Shown: positions 29,601 to 41,651 of the stretch, in pieces
How positions within the stretch are numbered: the first letter of the stretch is position 1
How the letters are laid out: every line of letters begins with the position of its first letter
Source of the DNA: Octopus sinensis
Taxonomy: Eukaryota
Direction: 5' to 3'
Length of the DNA stretch: 64,000 bases
Assembly (NCBI RefSeq): GCF_006345805.1
Contig: NC_043013.1
Location: 32,054,001 to 32,118,000, forward strand
Notes under the pieces: generated by a model
What the model was told of the DNA's origin: nothing
Seen by the model: the letters and a program-made list of their open reading frames with translations, nothing else
The model's database searches: none
Program-made: the position numbers and the translations under genes

Positions 29601-30198
29601 TCGTAGAGTGTGTTTTGCTTTTCATATTGTATATCTCTACTATTGTGCTGTATTCATTTACCTTAGTACTATTCCTTCATTTATCTTCCTCATCTTCGGT
29701 TTTCATAGTTGTGTTATTTTACTTGTAAACTTATCTCAACGTTTTGGTTTACAGTAGTCTACTGAGACCATCTCATTATTTCTATCTGTCTTTTTTGCGC
29801 TGTTATGATGTCTGCATAGTGTTACGGTTACTGCATGACAAAGAAAAACAGTCCCCGCACGAAACCAGAAACTAAAGCAAACAATTCAGTTATGTATTGA
29901 GAAATATGGTGAAAATTTACAATAATGACAGTAAAGAGTTGTAACAAAATAAATAAGTCAATAGCCAAATATTGGTCAAGGTAAAATAGTCACCAAAGTT
30001 ATGAGTCCAAGATATATAATTTGAAAATGTGAGTTCTTGATAGGAGAGGGTTCAATGTCCAAGATGAACTTTGTATTTCATTTTACAAAATCCAGCGTTT
30101 TCTGCCTAAGTTCGTAAATTCCCCGAGTCGATCTAAGCAAAAGGTGAGGTAACGCTTTTTATTTTCTTGAGAATAACTAAAACTCAATTATTAAAATA

Positions 30199-30577
30199 TC
30201 TATATATATATATCTCTTATTATAAAAGTATATATATAAACGGCAAAATGTCTGTGTGTGTGTGCTTTATACAAATCCACAATTTTTCAGTTAGAGGGCT
30301 CGCACTTTCTATGGTCATTCAAAACCGTCTAAGGGTGGTCGTGCATATCTTTACATTTCCCCAGTCACCCCGCAAAGCCATAAAAAGATCAATAGAAGTG
30401 ACTTTTTTGTGAATTTTCTATCCAAAACCAAAATGCCCGAAAGTTGATACGCCAATACAGCTAGCTGTATGTGATTGGTCAGAGATTTGGACAGTACTCG
30501 CGTGTATGCGCGCACGCACGCAGCTGTATATGCATGCACTAGCACTATGACCCGGCAACGCCGGGTCATAGTGCTTG
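30199..30577 (+). mobile_element. Non-autonomous Helitron-like element
   Basis: 5' TC followed by tatatatataaacggcaaaatgtctgtgtgtg. 3' perfect 16-bp hairpin AGCACTATGACCCGGC-aac-GCCGGGTCATAGTGCT (30541-30575) ending CTTG-t (canonical CTRR-t). No TSD seen. Confidence 0.7.
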
Positions 30578-30749
30578 TTATAATTTTAAAAAATACGTTC
30601 TCATAACAATAATTACACTTGGTGAGATTTTTGTGATTGAGTCTTGTTTGCACCTCTAAGAGTTGTTTACATACTAAAAAGCGCTTCCAATCCCCAAAAC
30701 ACACACCACCAAACGCCTCTAGAATCCTTGTATAATAATAATAAGGCTA

Positions 30750-31337
30750 ATAGTGGCTGACGATATGTGCATCTCTGATCACAAGCAGAAGTAGTGGAGG
30801 AGCATCATAGCCACGTGTTAAGATGAATTCTTTGGGGTTTGAATAATTCACCTTTAGAAACATGGGTGTTTCGTTCAACATCCTTAAACAAGTCTTATTC
30901 ATAGACCTTTTGAGCGGGATGAGTTACTTGACCTGAAGAAATTTCTAACTGCGTCGCACCTGCAAGGTCACGCATTGTTTGTCTTGGTATGAGAACACCC
31001 TGTTGTGCACATATGGTTGTGATGCATGTGCCCGGTGTACCCTTATCAGACAGATAGTCATGATAGGTATACTGGGCTTCTATATATTCTACATTCTGAA
31101 ACAATCCTTATTCAGAGATATTTTGAATAGGATGGGCTACTCAACCCGAACTAAATTGTACCTGTGCCCCAACTGCAAGGTCATGCGCTATTTATCATGA
31201 TATGAGATCACCATGTCACGCATATATGTTTGTGATGCATGAGCATGGTGTACACTTATATGAAGAGTCATGATGCGCATAGTGGGCTTCATCTGTTTGT
31301 ACTTCAGTGTCACATTGATGGCATGCACTGCTCTCTC
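30750..31337 (+). mobile_element. ~550-bp interspersed repeat, 5'-truncated with an internal duplication, (AAT)n tail
   Basis: Matches 36229-36780 and 38018-38547 (tagtggctgacgatatgtgcatctctgatc..gatggcatgcactgctctctc). The cctgcaaggtca..gatgcatg block occurs twice. Confidence 0.85.
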
Positions 31338-31367
31338 ACACAATAATAATAATAATAATGATGATGA

Positions 31368-31530
31368 TCCTTTCTACTACAGGCAAAAAGCCTGAAATTT
31401 GGGAGGAGGGGTCAATCGATTATATTGACCTCAATGCATAACTGGTACTTAATTTAAAAATTCTAGTGAGGACAGACGAAATACTGCTATTTCGCCCTGT
31501 GTGCTAACAGTTCTGCCAGCTCGCCGCCTT
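31368..31530 (-). mobile_element. SINE family 2, internally deleted
   Basis: gctaacagttctgccagctcgccgcctt head and tcgattatattgacc..aactggtactta core. Confidence 0.7.
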
Positions 31531-31588
31531 CGTAATATTAATAACAATAATAATAATAATAATATAATAATAATAATATAATAATAAT

Positions 31589-31671
<83 letters not shown>

Positions 31672-31674
31672 TGG

Positions 31675-32260
31675 GATTAGAACTGGTGACATGACAATGT
31701 CGCAAGAATGATCCATTGGGAGCTTTGTAGAAATCACGACCTACACAGAGCAAAGACGTGGTATGAGAAAACCGCAGAAGGAATCACTGAGAATGGAAAT
31801 TGCAAAATCCTGTGGGATGCAATGATCTAGCGCGATCACCTGACCAGGCGTCGGAAGCCGGACATGGTTGTGGTGAATAAGAAGGAAAGAACTTGCATGA
31901 TAATCGACATAGCATGTCCCGGTGACAACAGAAACAACGAGAAAGAAGAAAAACTGAACATCCACGACGATTTGAAGTGGGAAATACGAAGATTTTGCTC
32001 AATGAGGAGGATAGACGTGGTAGTAATAGCAATTGACACACCTGAAAGCGTCAAAACTTAACTACCAACATGGCTGAAAAAGATGGGTACACATGTAAAG
32101 GTACAACACCGAGAAAAATCAGCATTGCTTGGAACCGCAAGAATTATTCGCGGGGTTCTTGAAATATGACCAGTAAACAAGTGTCACCTTAGTCTGCTGG
32201 CTGTGGACAGCTGACATTTTCCCTCATACCCAGCAAAATAAACTGAGAGTTTTCATAAAA
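31675..32260 (+). mobile_element. R4/Dong-type RLE LINE 3' end between (AAT)n arrays
   Basis: HDNVARMIHWELCRNH..KTWYEK..ENGNCKILWD..RRKPDMVVVNKKERTCMIIDIACPGD..ALLGTARIIRGVLEI*, short 3' UTR, (AAT)n on both sides. Confidence 0.9.
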
Positions 32261-32264
32261 TAAT

Positions 32265-32303
<39 letters not shown>

Positions 32304-32305
<2 letters not shown>

Positions 32306-32461
32306 ATTATTTACATTTGACGGATATTTGTCCTCATCTTCTTTGTTGTTAACAACGTTTCGGCTGATACACCCTCCAGCCTTTATCAGGTGTCTTGGGG
32401 ATATTTCGAACCTGGGTTCTCATTCCTAAGGTATTTTTCGATGTTGTTGTTGTTGTTATTA

Positions 32462-32515
<54 letters not shown>

Positions 32516-32586
32516 TCACTGCATGGAATCGAACTCAGAATCTTGGGGTTGCTAGCCCGCGCTCTTAACCACTACGCCATATGCCC
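32304..32586 (-). mobile_element. tRNA-headed SINE-like element with an internal (AAT)n and a hammerhead-like 3' module
   Basis: Minus strand: GGGCATATGGCGTAGTGGTTAAG (A-box)..GAGTTCGATTCC (B-box), then (AAT)n, then acac-CTGATAA-a-ggctg..cagcc-GAAAC-gttgtt. Confidence 0.65.
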
Positions 32587-32603
32587 GTTCGCATATATAG
32601 AAC

Positions 32604-32678
<75 letters not shown>

Positions 32679-32814
32679 GGCGAGCTCACAGAAATACTAG
32701 CGCGTCAGATAAAGTGCTTAGTGTCATTTCCTTCGGCTCCAAATTATGAGATCGAATGAGTAGTAGTAGTAGTAGTAGTAGTAGTTGTTGTTGTTGTTTT
32801 TCTTCTTTCAATAT

Positions 32815-33644
32815 TGTTTTTATATCTTGCTTAGTGCCTTCCCGACACCTAGGACAAAGAAACGTGCTGTATACAATGATAGGTCATTAAATAAACGCAC
32901 CAGATCGTCCATATGGAACATCAAATAAAAATAATGTAGAAAAATTTATTTACGCGGGTGGTAATCATTCTCACAGTGACAATGTTCTTCTCAATATTGT
33001 GACAAACCAGTTCAAGCAAACGTTTGAATTTCCTGCATGGATGGTAAGCCAGGATTCTTTCACAGATAATTTTCACATTCTTTTTATGTTTTATCATTTC
33101 GATTATTCCTACAATCACTGGGATTGTAGTCGCCTTGAGATGCCACGTGTTTTTAAATTTCAATAAGTAGGACGTATTTTCTGAGTTCGTCAAATTCTTC
33201 TGTAGAGATATTATTATCAATAAATATATTTTATTATGTTGGGTTTTTTGTACAACAGTATCCGGTTTGATGGTTTTGTCTGTATGTACTGGAAACTCCC
33301 ATAGAATCGTTACATTCCCCCCCCCTCAGTTACAGTGTTATATGGTATGCTTATAAATTTGTCAACAGATTTGATTTTATAATGCCGAAATATTTACCAG
33401 CATAGATATTGACCAACTCTGTCATGCAGATAAGATAACACCTCCGCTCTCTGCTTTTAGGCTTGAGCTTCGTAGCCACCGGTGGAGGTGCTTCTGGCCA
33501 ACATCAGCTTGTTTTCTACGGGCCATATATTTGTAATGCAAAAGTTTCTAATCCTACCTCCCAGCGCTTTTGTTCTTTGCCATTAATTTTACTTTCCGTG
33601 CAACAACAGTTGCCACACTTTCTTAAGGTTGTCAGGCCTGTGTA

Positions 33645-33645
<1 letters not shown>
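32815..33645 (-). mobile_element. R4/Dong-type RLE LINE 3' part, internally deleted
   Basis: KQADVGQKHLHRWLRSSSLKAES; LHDRVGQYLCW; TILWEFPVHTDKTIKPD; KNTWHLKATTIPVIVG. Begins at a long (AAT)n array. Confidence 0.8.
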
Positions 33646-33716
<71 letters not shown>

Positions 33717-33730
33717 CATTATCATCATCA

Positions 33731-33819
<89 letters not shown>

Positions 33820-33989
33820 TTCCTTGCAGAATGAAGCTTCTTACACATCTCGTAATTTTCAACGAGCTTTAGCATCAATTCGTTAGTTGTTTCAAGATAT
33901 TTAGCCAGTTTAATTGTGGTAGTTTCATACGAAAGTTGTTGTAGTTATCATTATTACTATTATTATTATTATTATTATTATTGTTATTA

Positions 33990-34038
<49 letters not shown>

Positions 34039-35011
34039 CTATTATTATTATTATTATTATTTTATTAAATTTTATTGAGGCCCTCCATTCAAATATGAAG
34101 CATCAAAATGAGATTCGCTTTGGTTTTTGAATTAAACAGTAACCATATTCTTTACCTTATTATATAATAATGTCTCTGTGAGCATCTAATGTTTATCGGA
34201 TTCTAGCAATGACTAAATATACCTGATAATTCATACCAAAATTTTGTAGAAAAGAATATCACTAAATTTCGTGAGTGTATGTAATATATAACAATCTAAC
34301 TATATTATCCCCGTCCATAACGAATATAATTGAATTAATCTCACATCGATGAACTGCTTTATTCATTTTCTTTCCTATGGATTTTAATTATAAAGTACTT
34401 CTAAACGACACCATAAATTCAACATCCCAATTGATTTTAATATTTTAATTTCCAGTGGCGTAAACACATACCACGTACGCTAATTATTAATCTAATCACG
34501 CTTGAGAGATCATTACAATCATAAAATTCCTCATAAATAATCAAGGCCAGTAAACTTTAAATTGAATCGTCAAAAAGTTTCAAAGAAAATATAAAGAATA
34601 GCTTGCAGACAGATTAATAATTAATATATATATATATAGGTTAACTATTTTACAAAATTAGTGACCAGAATGAGTATTTTTGGCAGAAGATTGTGTATTC
34701 TTTAAAATTGAAAATGAAAAAAAAATAAAGATGAAATGGAATTTTGAAGCCTAATAATTTGCAATGTTTATGAAATTAATGAAGAAAAGTATAATTACTT
34801 TACTTTGACTTTTAATTCTGTTGTTTGTTTTTCAGCTTTCTTGTAGCCCTGAGATGAATAGGTCATGGTTTGGAAAGTTATAAAAAAAACTTTTTGCTAT
34901 TATCTTGGAGATTTCAATAAAACGTGCTTAAAAATTATTGATTACAGCGTGAAACAAAAATAGGTTTTCGGCTGGGTTTTCTCTTTAACGTTTTTATTTT
35001 CTTCTTTACAG

Positions 35012-35083
35012 GTTTGTTCAGATAAACAAATATAATTTCGCAGACTTGGAAATGACTAAAACGAAATACCTTGGCGTGTATTG
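35012..35083 (+). other. Candidate internal exon of an unidentified gene
   Basis: Branch-like TTTAAC, long polypyrimidine tract and acceptor ttctttacag|G; possible donor TTG|GTATAT. One open frame: FVQINKYNFADLEMTKTKYLGVYW. No homology recognised. Confidence 0.25.
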
Positions 35084-35614
35084 GTATATTGTTATTCCGA
35101 TATTAGAGTTTGTTTAGGAAAAATGGTGATTTATGATAATTAATGATAGTGGGATAGCTAACAACTGACGGATTTTGTCTTTGAAAATATTTAACGTCAG
35201 ACGCTCATTATTTCTCATATAACACGTTTACGTTTCTGAAATTTACTTTGATTTAATGTGATATTAAACTATCAAAACAAAAGAAGTGCCGTCAACCGTT
35301 TAAAGAACTAGTTATTGGATATACAGTAAAGTTTTTAATTGGTTTTAGTAGTTGACACTTCCCACTTGCAATATCCCATTAATAACCATGTAACAAGTTT
35401 GATTTTACATAAAGATATATATCACGTTAATATAAGAAGCGAAATAGATTGAAATTGTGTCTATGTACATAGTAGTCTAAAACACAACAGATTTGCTACG
35501 AATTGTTAAGATTATCAGTAAACATTTGTAACAGCTATAGAAGGCATGCATTTTGGAATGTGGAACAGTCGATTTTGTTAAATCCGGGAAATGATTATTA
35601 TCATTCGGCCATGA

Positions 35615-35840
35615 AATATTGGTTTCAAACATTGGCACAAGGCCAGCAATTTGGGGGAGAGGGAATGTCGATTACATCGACTCCATTATTCAACTGGTAC
35701 TCATTTTTATCAAACCTGAAATGATGAAAGACAAAGTCGACTTCGCCGGAATTTTAACTTGGAATACAAAGTCGGAAGAAGTGCTGGTAAGTATTTTTTC
35801 CAGCGCGGTAATGATCCTGCCAGCTCATCACCTCACCTAT
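35615..35840 (-). mobile_element. SINE family 2
   Basis: ttggcacaaggccagcaatttggggga..gtcgattacatcgac..aactggtact..aaagtcgacttcgccggaatt..atgatcctgccagctc. Confidence 0.8.
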
Positions 35841-36176
35841 GAAATATTGAAAGAAATTGAACACTGATGAGGTTTGAACTCACTTTTGTACACAAAGTAA
35901 TGAAATAAAACGACATAAAGCAATTTACCCACTCTTTACCGATTAAATATTTGTGCGAATGTCCAAATAGTTTGAATGTTTTATTGCGTGCTCAGGCCCT
36001 ATATTCAGACAGTGAAATATGTAGTGTGAAGCTCTGATTCGAAAGCTGAGCATTACAATAATTGAAAGTTAGTTGCTGAGAGCTTCACTGAATCAACAGA
36101 AAACAGATGGAAGTAATTAAATACTGCAAGGTATTCAGTACGACAGTCTACACATGCACAAGTTTCCTTTAAAAAA

Positions 36177-36213
<37 letters not shown>

Positions 36214-36228
36214 TTAATAATAATAATA

Positions 36229-36778
36229 ATATGCAGTACCAGGCAGTGGTTCTCATGGCTTCTGATCTTAACTGATTGGAAGTGTTATCATGTACATGGT
36301 TTTGTCTTGGTATAAAAGATGGGCTACAGCAAATATTCTGCTCAATACCACAGATTTGCTTGTCAGTTGTTTGACCTTAACCAGTTGAGCATGTCCCTTA
36401 GTGGCTGACGATATGTGCATCTCTGATCACGAGCAGAAGCAGTGGGGGAGCATCATAGCCATGTGTTGAGAGGGATTCTTTGGGGTTTGAATAGTTCACC
36501 TCTGGAAACATGGGTGGTTCTTTCAACATCCTTAAACAACCCTTATTCAGGGACATTTTGAGCGGGATGGGCTACTCAACCTGAAGAAAATTCTAACTGG
36601 GCTCCACCTGCAAGGTCATGTGCTGTTTATCTTGAAATGAGATCACCATGTCGCGCACATATGGTTGTGATGCATGTGCCTGGTGTACCTTTATCAGACG
36701 GGTAGTCATGATGGGTATATTGGGCTTCGTATATTTTACCCCAGTGTCACTTTGATGGCATGAACTGCTCTCTCACTC

Positions 36779-36780
<2 letters not shown>
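36229..36780 (+). mobile_element. ~550-bp interspersed repeat (non-autonomous retroelement or LINE 3' UTR), (AAT)n on both sides
   Basis: atatgcagtaccaggcagtggttctcatggc..gatggcatgaactgctctctcactc(aat)n; three copies in the window. Confidence 0.85.
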
Positions 36781-36835
<55 letters not shown>

Positions 36836-36836
<1 letters not shown>

Positions 36837-37398
36837 GGACCTACATACACAGGAAGATATGCCAACATTATGGAATAACAACAGAAAAAAGATGGTATAG
36901 GCACACCCCAGAAAGGGTCACAGAAAACGAGAAAGCAACCATACTCTGGGATATGCCAATACACACAGATAGAGAAACTAAGGCCAACATAACAGATATA
37001 GTTGTCAGAGATCATGAAGAAAAAAATGCTATCTAATTGATGTATCAATACCAGCAGATGACAACGTGTCTTTAAAAGAAATGGAGAAACTTTCAAAATA
37101 CAAAGATCTAGAAATAGAGGTAACTCGAATGTGGAATCTAAAAACAGTAACAATTCCTATCATAGTAGGTGCATTAGACATGATAAAAGAATATTCAGAT
37201 AAATACATAGCAAAAACACCAGGACATACAAACACATATAACATACAGAAATTGCACTACTGGGCACTGCCCACATCCTACGCAAAACACTTTCAATACA
37301 GTAACCATCAGAGCATCACAACAAAACACAGCACATACCCAAGACACACAGAGCTGCGCTCGGTAGTGAAGTGAGAGCACGCCATAAAAATAAAACTA

Positions 37399-37402
<4 letters not shown>
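36836..37402 (+). mobile_element. R4/Dong-type RLE LINE 3' end between (AAT)n arrays
   Basis: YIHRKICQHYGITTEKRWYRHTPERVTENEKATILWDMPIHTDR..LIDVSIPADDNVSLKEMEKLSKYKDLEIEVTRMWNLKTVTIPIIVGAL..ALLGTAHILRKTL; (AAT)n on both sides. Confidence 0.92.
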
Positions 37403-37480
<78 letters not shown>

Positions 37481-37883
37481 GTTCACGTTAGATTGATAAT
37501 ATACAGCCATTCTATCGCCCCACCACCGTACATATCTCCTTGAGAGATTTAGAAATTTAATATTTCTAATAATAATAATATTGTCTGTGTAATTCCCAAA
37601 ACATTTTTAACTGTAAATATTGTTAAAAGTACTTTTAAATGTACCAAACAGCACACACCTTTTAAGGTCATCTTTAGATCACGCTATCAACTTATGATTA
37701 AGCTATGTTTAAAACAATCTTCTAATTTTCTTATGTTTTGAGTGACATTCTCTAGAGCAACACTCTGGGAAAAAACCAAAATATGGCAACCTAGACAAAA
37801 CACCATCTTGAACTTTTAACTTGTTGTCTCTTGAGGTTTCTGAGTGAGACTTGGAGTTAACGTGCACAAATACAAAGCAAAAG

Positions 37884-38017
37884 CGAAAAATATAGAAGAA
37901 GAAGAAGAAGAAGAAGAAGAAGAAGAAGAAGAAGAAGAAGAAGAAGAAGAAGAAGAAGAAGAAGAAGAAGAAGAAGAAGAAAAAGAAGAAGAAGAAGAAG
38001 AAGAAGAAGAAGAAGAA
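37884..38017. repeat. (GAA)n polypurine microsatellite
   Basis: Directly visible; source of the poly-E/poly-S/poly-L ORFs. Confidence 0.95.
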
Positions 38018-38547
38018 TATACCCTGATGCAGTACCAGGCACTGACCCTCATGGCTTCTGATCTTAATTGATTGGCAGTACTGTCATGTATATGTTTTGT
38101 CTTGGTATAAACGATGGACTACAACAAATATTCTGCTAAATGCCACAGATTTGATTATCAGTTGTTTGGCCTTAACTAGTTGAGCATGTCCCTTAGTGGC
38201 TGACGATATGTGCATCTCTGATCACCAGCAGAAATAGTGGGGAAGCATCATAGCCATGTGATGAGAGGAATTCTTTGAGGTTTGCATATTTCTCCTTTAT
38301 TCATTCAATATCCTTAAACAACCCTTATTCAGAGACCTTTTGAATGGGGTGGGTTACTCAACCTGAACGAAATTCTAACTGGGTACCAACTGCGCTGTTT
38401 ATCATGATATGAAATCACAATATCATGCGCATATATGTTTGTGATGTATGTGCTGTACACTTATCATATTGAGAATCATGATGGGCATGTTGGGCTTCAT
38501 CTATTTGAACTCCAATGTCACTTTGATGGCATGCGCTGCTCTCTCGG
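38018..38547 (+). mobile_element. ~550-bp interspersed repeat, third copy
   Basis: atgcagtaccaggcactgaccctcatggcttctgatcttaa..gatggcatgcgctgctctct, followed by TAG/AAT/AAC arrays. Confidence 0.85.
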
Positions 38548-38605
38548 TAGTAGTAGTAATAATAATAATAATAATAATAACAACAACAACAACAACAACA
38601 ACAAC

Positions 38606-38639
<34 letters not shown>

Positions 38640-39024
38640 GCAACAACAACAACAACAATAATAATAATAATAATAATAATAATATGATGATAATGATGAT
38701 GATGATGATAATAATAATAATAACAACAACAACATGTAGTGCCGAAACTACAAACATTTAGAGTTTCTAGAGGTTATAGTGGGGGGAATAATTCAGAGTA
38801 GTGACTTAGTTACCTACATTTACAAGACAATAGGGGGAATGTAGTCTTCAATCATCGAAAATTAAATCTTTTGGGAGTTGTAGTTATGTTCTAGAATAAA
38901 AGTGATGAATTAATTAATACCATGACAGCCTACAGACTAAGTAATGTTTTCATTAATCAATCAAAGGAGTCGTTTGAAACGGTCGTAATGAACTGACACC
39001 TGCACATCTTCGTTACCCATTTAC

Positions 39025-39245
39025 ATTTCAAAATGTAACCACTTGTGCATCGTTGGCGATTTTTTCGTCTGTCTTTTCTCTTGGACTTTACTCTGTCTCC
39101 TGTTTCTGACGAAGAGCTTTGCTTGAAACGTAAAACTACTTCTCTTTCTTTCCCCGAGCATCTGCTAAAATTTGCATGTACAACGTCCTCGCGTTGTTGT
39201 TTTCTTCTTGTGTTTGTTCTTCGTTTTTTGGGGGGTCATTTATTA
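39025..39245 (+). mobile_element. Penelope-like terminal repeat (pLTR) carrying a hammerhead
   Basis: Homologous to the reverse complement of 50960-51170 (atttcaaaatgt..atcgttggcgattt..ttggacttt..catgtac.acgtcctcg); contains the hammerhead at 39102-39136. Confidence 0.65.
39102..39136 (+). ncRNA. Minimal type I hammerhead ribozyme candidate
   Basis: GUUU-CUGACGA-A-GAGC(UUU)GCUU-GAAA-CG-UA-AAAC: stem I GUUU/AAAC, both core boxes, palindromic ACGU stem III, predicted cleavage after GUA (39132). Confidence 0.7.
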
Positions 39246-39254
39246 TACAAACAT

Positions 39255-39343
<89 letters not shown>

Positions 39344-39439
39344 CTACATTAAACTCATTAAGGAATCAGTGCTCTTTTGAAAGCCATTATCTGGGTAAGG
39401 GCCTATTTTTTATTCTTTATGACATTTGCTTAGGCTGAT

Positions 39440-39830
39440 ATTTCTTCTCTTCTTCAGGATGCTCCCAACAACTTACCACCTTTCTGCCGTCTCCATTTCA
39501 TGCTTATCAACGTAAGAAAGACGATGGAGATGTAATACTGGTAGATATACCTCGATTTTTAGTCCAAAGTATCATTCCGCTGGAAGCGCCTAGACATCTT
39601 CAGATGGATTCTTGGAAAAGTTTTCAGAATAATATTCCCTGAGAACAGTAGATCTCTGTATGTTTACACCCCGTATATTCGAGGAGACAGTATAAAAATA
39701 TGCGTTTGATGCAGTACGCAATTTATCTTTTCTCACCATACTCAATTTTCTGTACGATACATATAGTTCCATGTAACCTGTCCAGCTACATGTAGGAAAT
39801 TTTATTGTCTCAAGCATCAAGATTACATGC
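39440..39830 (+). mobile_element. Decayed Penelope-like thumb/linker/GIY-YIG start
   Basis: Broken frames give FHAYQRKK, GKVFRIIFPEN, YTPYIRGDSIKI (cf. LPYIxGxSEKI) and IVPCNLSSYM*E (cf. YxIPCxxCxxxYIGET). Confidence 0.4.
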
Positions 39831-40379
39831 AACTGAGTTTTGTTTTGTTTATTTGTGGGTTTTTTTCTTCCTGACATAAAATACATCTGTAACTTTAGAA
39901 ATGCTCATTAATTAACCATCTCCCTTTGTCTTACTTCGATGATAGTTTAAGGCAAAACTTAGTTTTGGTTATTTCATGTTACCAAACAGTAGTTCTTTCT
40001 GCAAGATGACGCATATCTAAAGATTGTCTATTGTAGATAACGTTAGAGAAACTCGAGGCCAAATTTCTGTTTTTTAATACTAACACTAAAATGTTAAAAA
40101 TTATTTTCGCTTTTTTAAATGCATGTGTGTGTGTAGCGGTGTCTGTGTGTGTGTGCATTGTTGTAGTTTTTGTTATTGATCATGTTGCTATTGTTCCTTT
40201 GTTGTTGTTGTAGGTATTTTTCCTCTGCCACATTGTTGTATAGGCTCGAGTCAGTATCATCACTTTTTTTCAAGAAAAATCATGCACTTCTGGTGAAATG
40301 TGGTTAAAATACATTTAGCTATTATACATTTTCGTACGTCTTTCATACATTTTTCAACTGGAGGGGTGTGTCTAACCAG

Positions 40380-41200
40380 TGACCAAGAGAGTGTTTTATC
40401 AGATCAGTTTTCAAACATGTTTCTCGGCTTCTCTGCAGCTCCTAGCAACGTAGTTTCCTATAATATACTCGATTACATATCACCCTTGATTTCATCTCCA
40501 TCGTGATTGCACCAAGAGAACCCACCACCACAAACTCAATTTTAACATAATTTTCTTTTATGTTCTACATTCTTGCAATATCTCCTCTGAGGTTTTGCTA
40601 TTTCTCAATCCATTTCTCTTTGTTCTCGCACTCACTTTTGTCACATGGACAAAGTATATCAGTTATTGTGCAGACTATTTTCTTTGCTTTTTGTTGGTAT
40701 TGTTGACTGCTTGTAATCTCGCTTCACTGATTTGATCACATTAAGCACTAAAATCTCAGTTCATCTCCCTCCCCCGCTTTTTCCACTACCTTAATGTTAT
40801 GCTTATACCACTTATCAACTTTGCCTAAGTCGTGTCTTTACATGGTTTCCGATCAATAATACGCGCGATATTGTTATGCCTCCATTTATACTCACTTGAT
40901 ACAAGTCTGCTATATTCTCTCGCTAGGTGACTAATGCTTTCACCTTTTGTATCACAAAGCCCACATAATGGTTGATTCAAATTTTTTATCCACCTTATAT
41001 TTCAGTAGATTGTTTATAAATATATAACATATATGTCTGATTTTTCTTGTGTGTATCTACAACGTTATTAATATTTCCGACAAGCATTCCAACATTGCTC
41101 TTCCACTTCTCGACGCTTTATTTCCCTCTTTTCTGATTTTCTCATAATCATATTTGTCAATGTAGTCTGTATTATTTGTCACATCACCTACTTATACTGG
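40380..41200 (-). mobile_element. Decayed R4/Dong-type RLE LINE 3' part
   Basis: QPLCGLCDTKGESISHL..EYKWRHNNIARII..DKWYKH..DILCPCD..VVVGSLG..TLLGAA. Confidence 0.75.
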
Positions 41201-41349
41201 AACCAAAATTAGGTCCTGAGCTATTCGTTATATGTCATCCTAGGTTATTTAATTCACCTCTTATACTATGCTCACAACTTGACAAATCACTCGTTAGATG
41301 TTCCGAGGCAAGTAAAATCTATCGCTTATCTGTTATTTTTTTACTTGTT

Positions 41350-41559
41350 TCAATCATTTTGACTGCAGCCCCGCGAGGGCGCCGCCTTGGAGGGATTGTG
41401 TTTTAGTCAAATGAATCGACCCCAGAACATTTTTTTCAGCCAAGTACTTACTCTATTTTGCCGAACCACTAAGTTATGGGGACGTAAACACACTGACATC
41501 GGTTGTCAAGCAGTAGTGAGGGACAAACACAGACATACGGACATACACGCATACATTTG

Positions 41560-41591
<32 letters not shown>

Positions 41592-41612
41592 AACACACAG
41601 ACACGCACACAG

Positions 41613-41651
<39 letters not shown>

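Noticed and set aside
32515-32586. tRNA gene (also considered at 45725-45795)
   Set aside because: Acceptor and anticodon stems are mismatched and the sequence continues into a repeat body, so these are SINE heads.
39458-39511. Apparent 54-nt exon (ttcttcag|..|gtaaga), plus a strong minus-strand donor nearby
   Set aside because: It lies within sequence better explained as a Penelope relic; all frames are open, so there is no coding signal.
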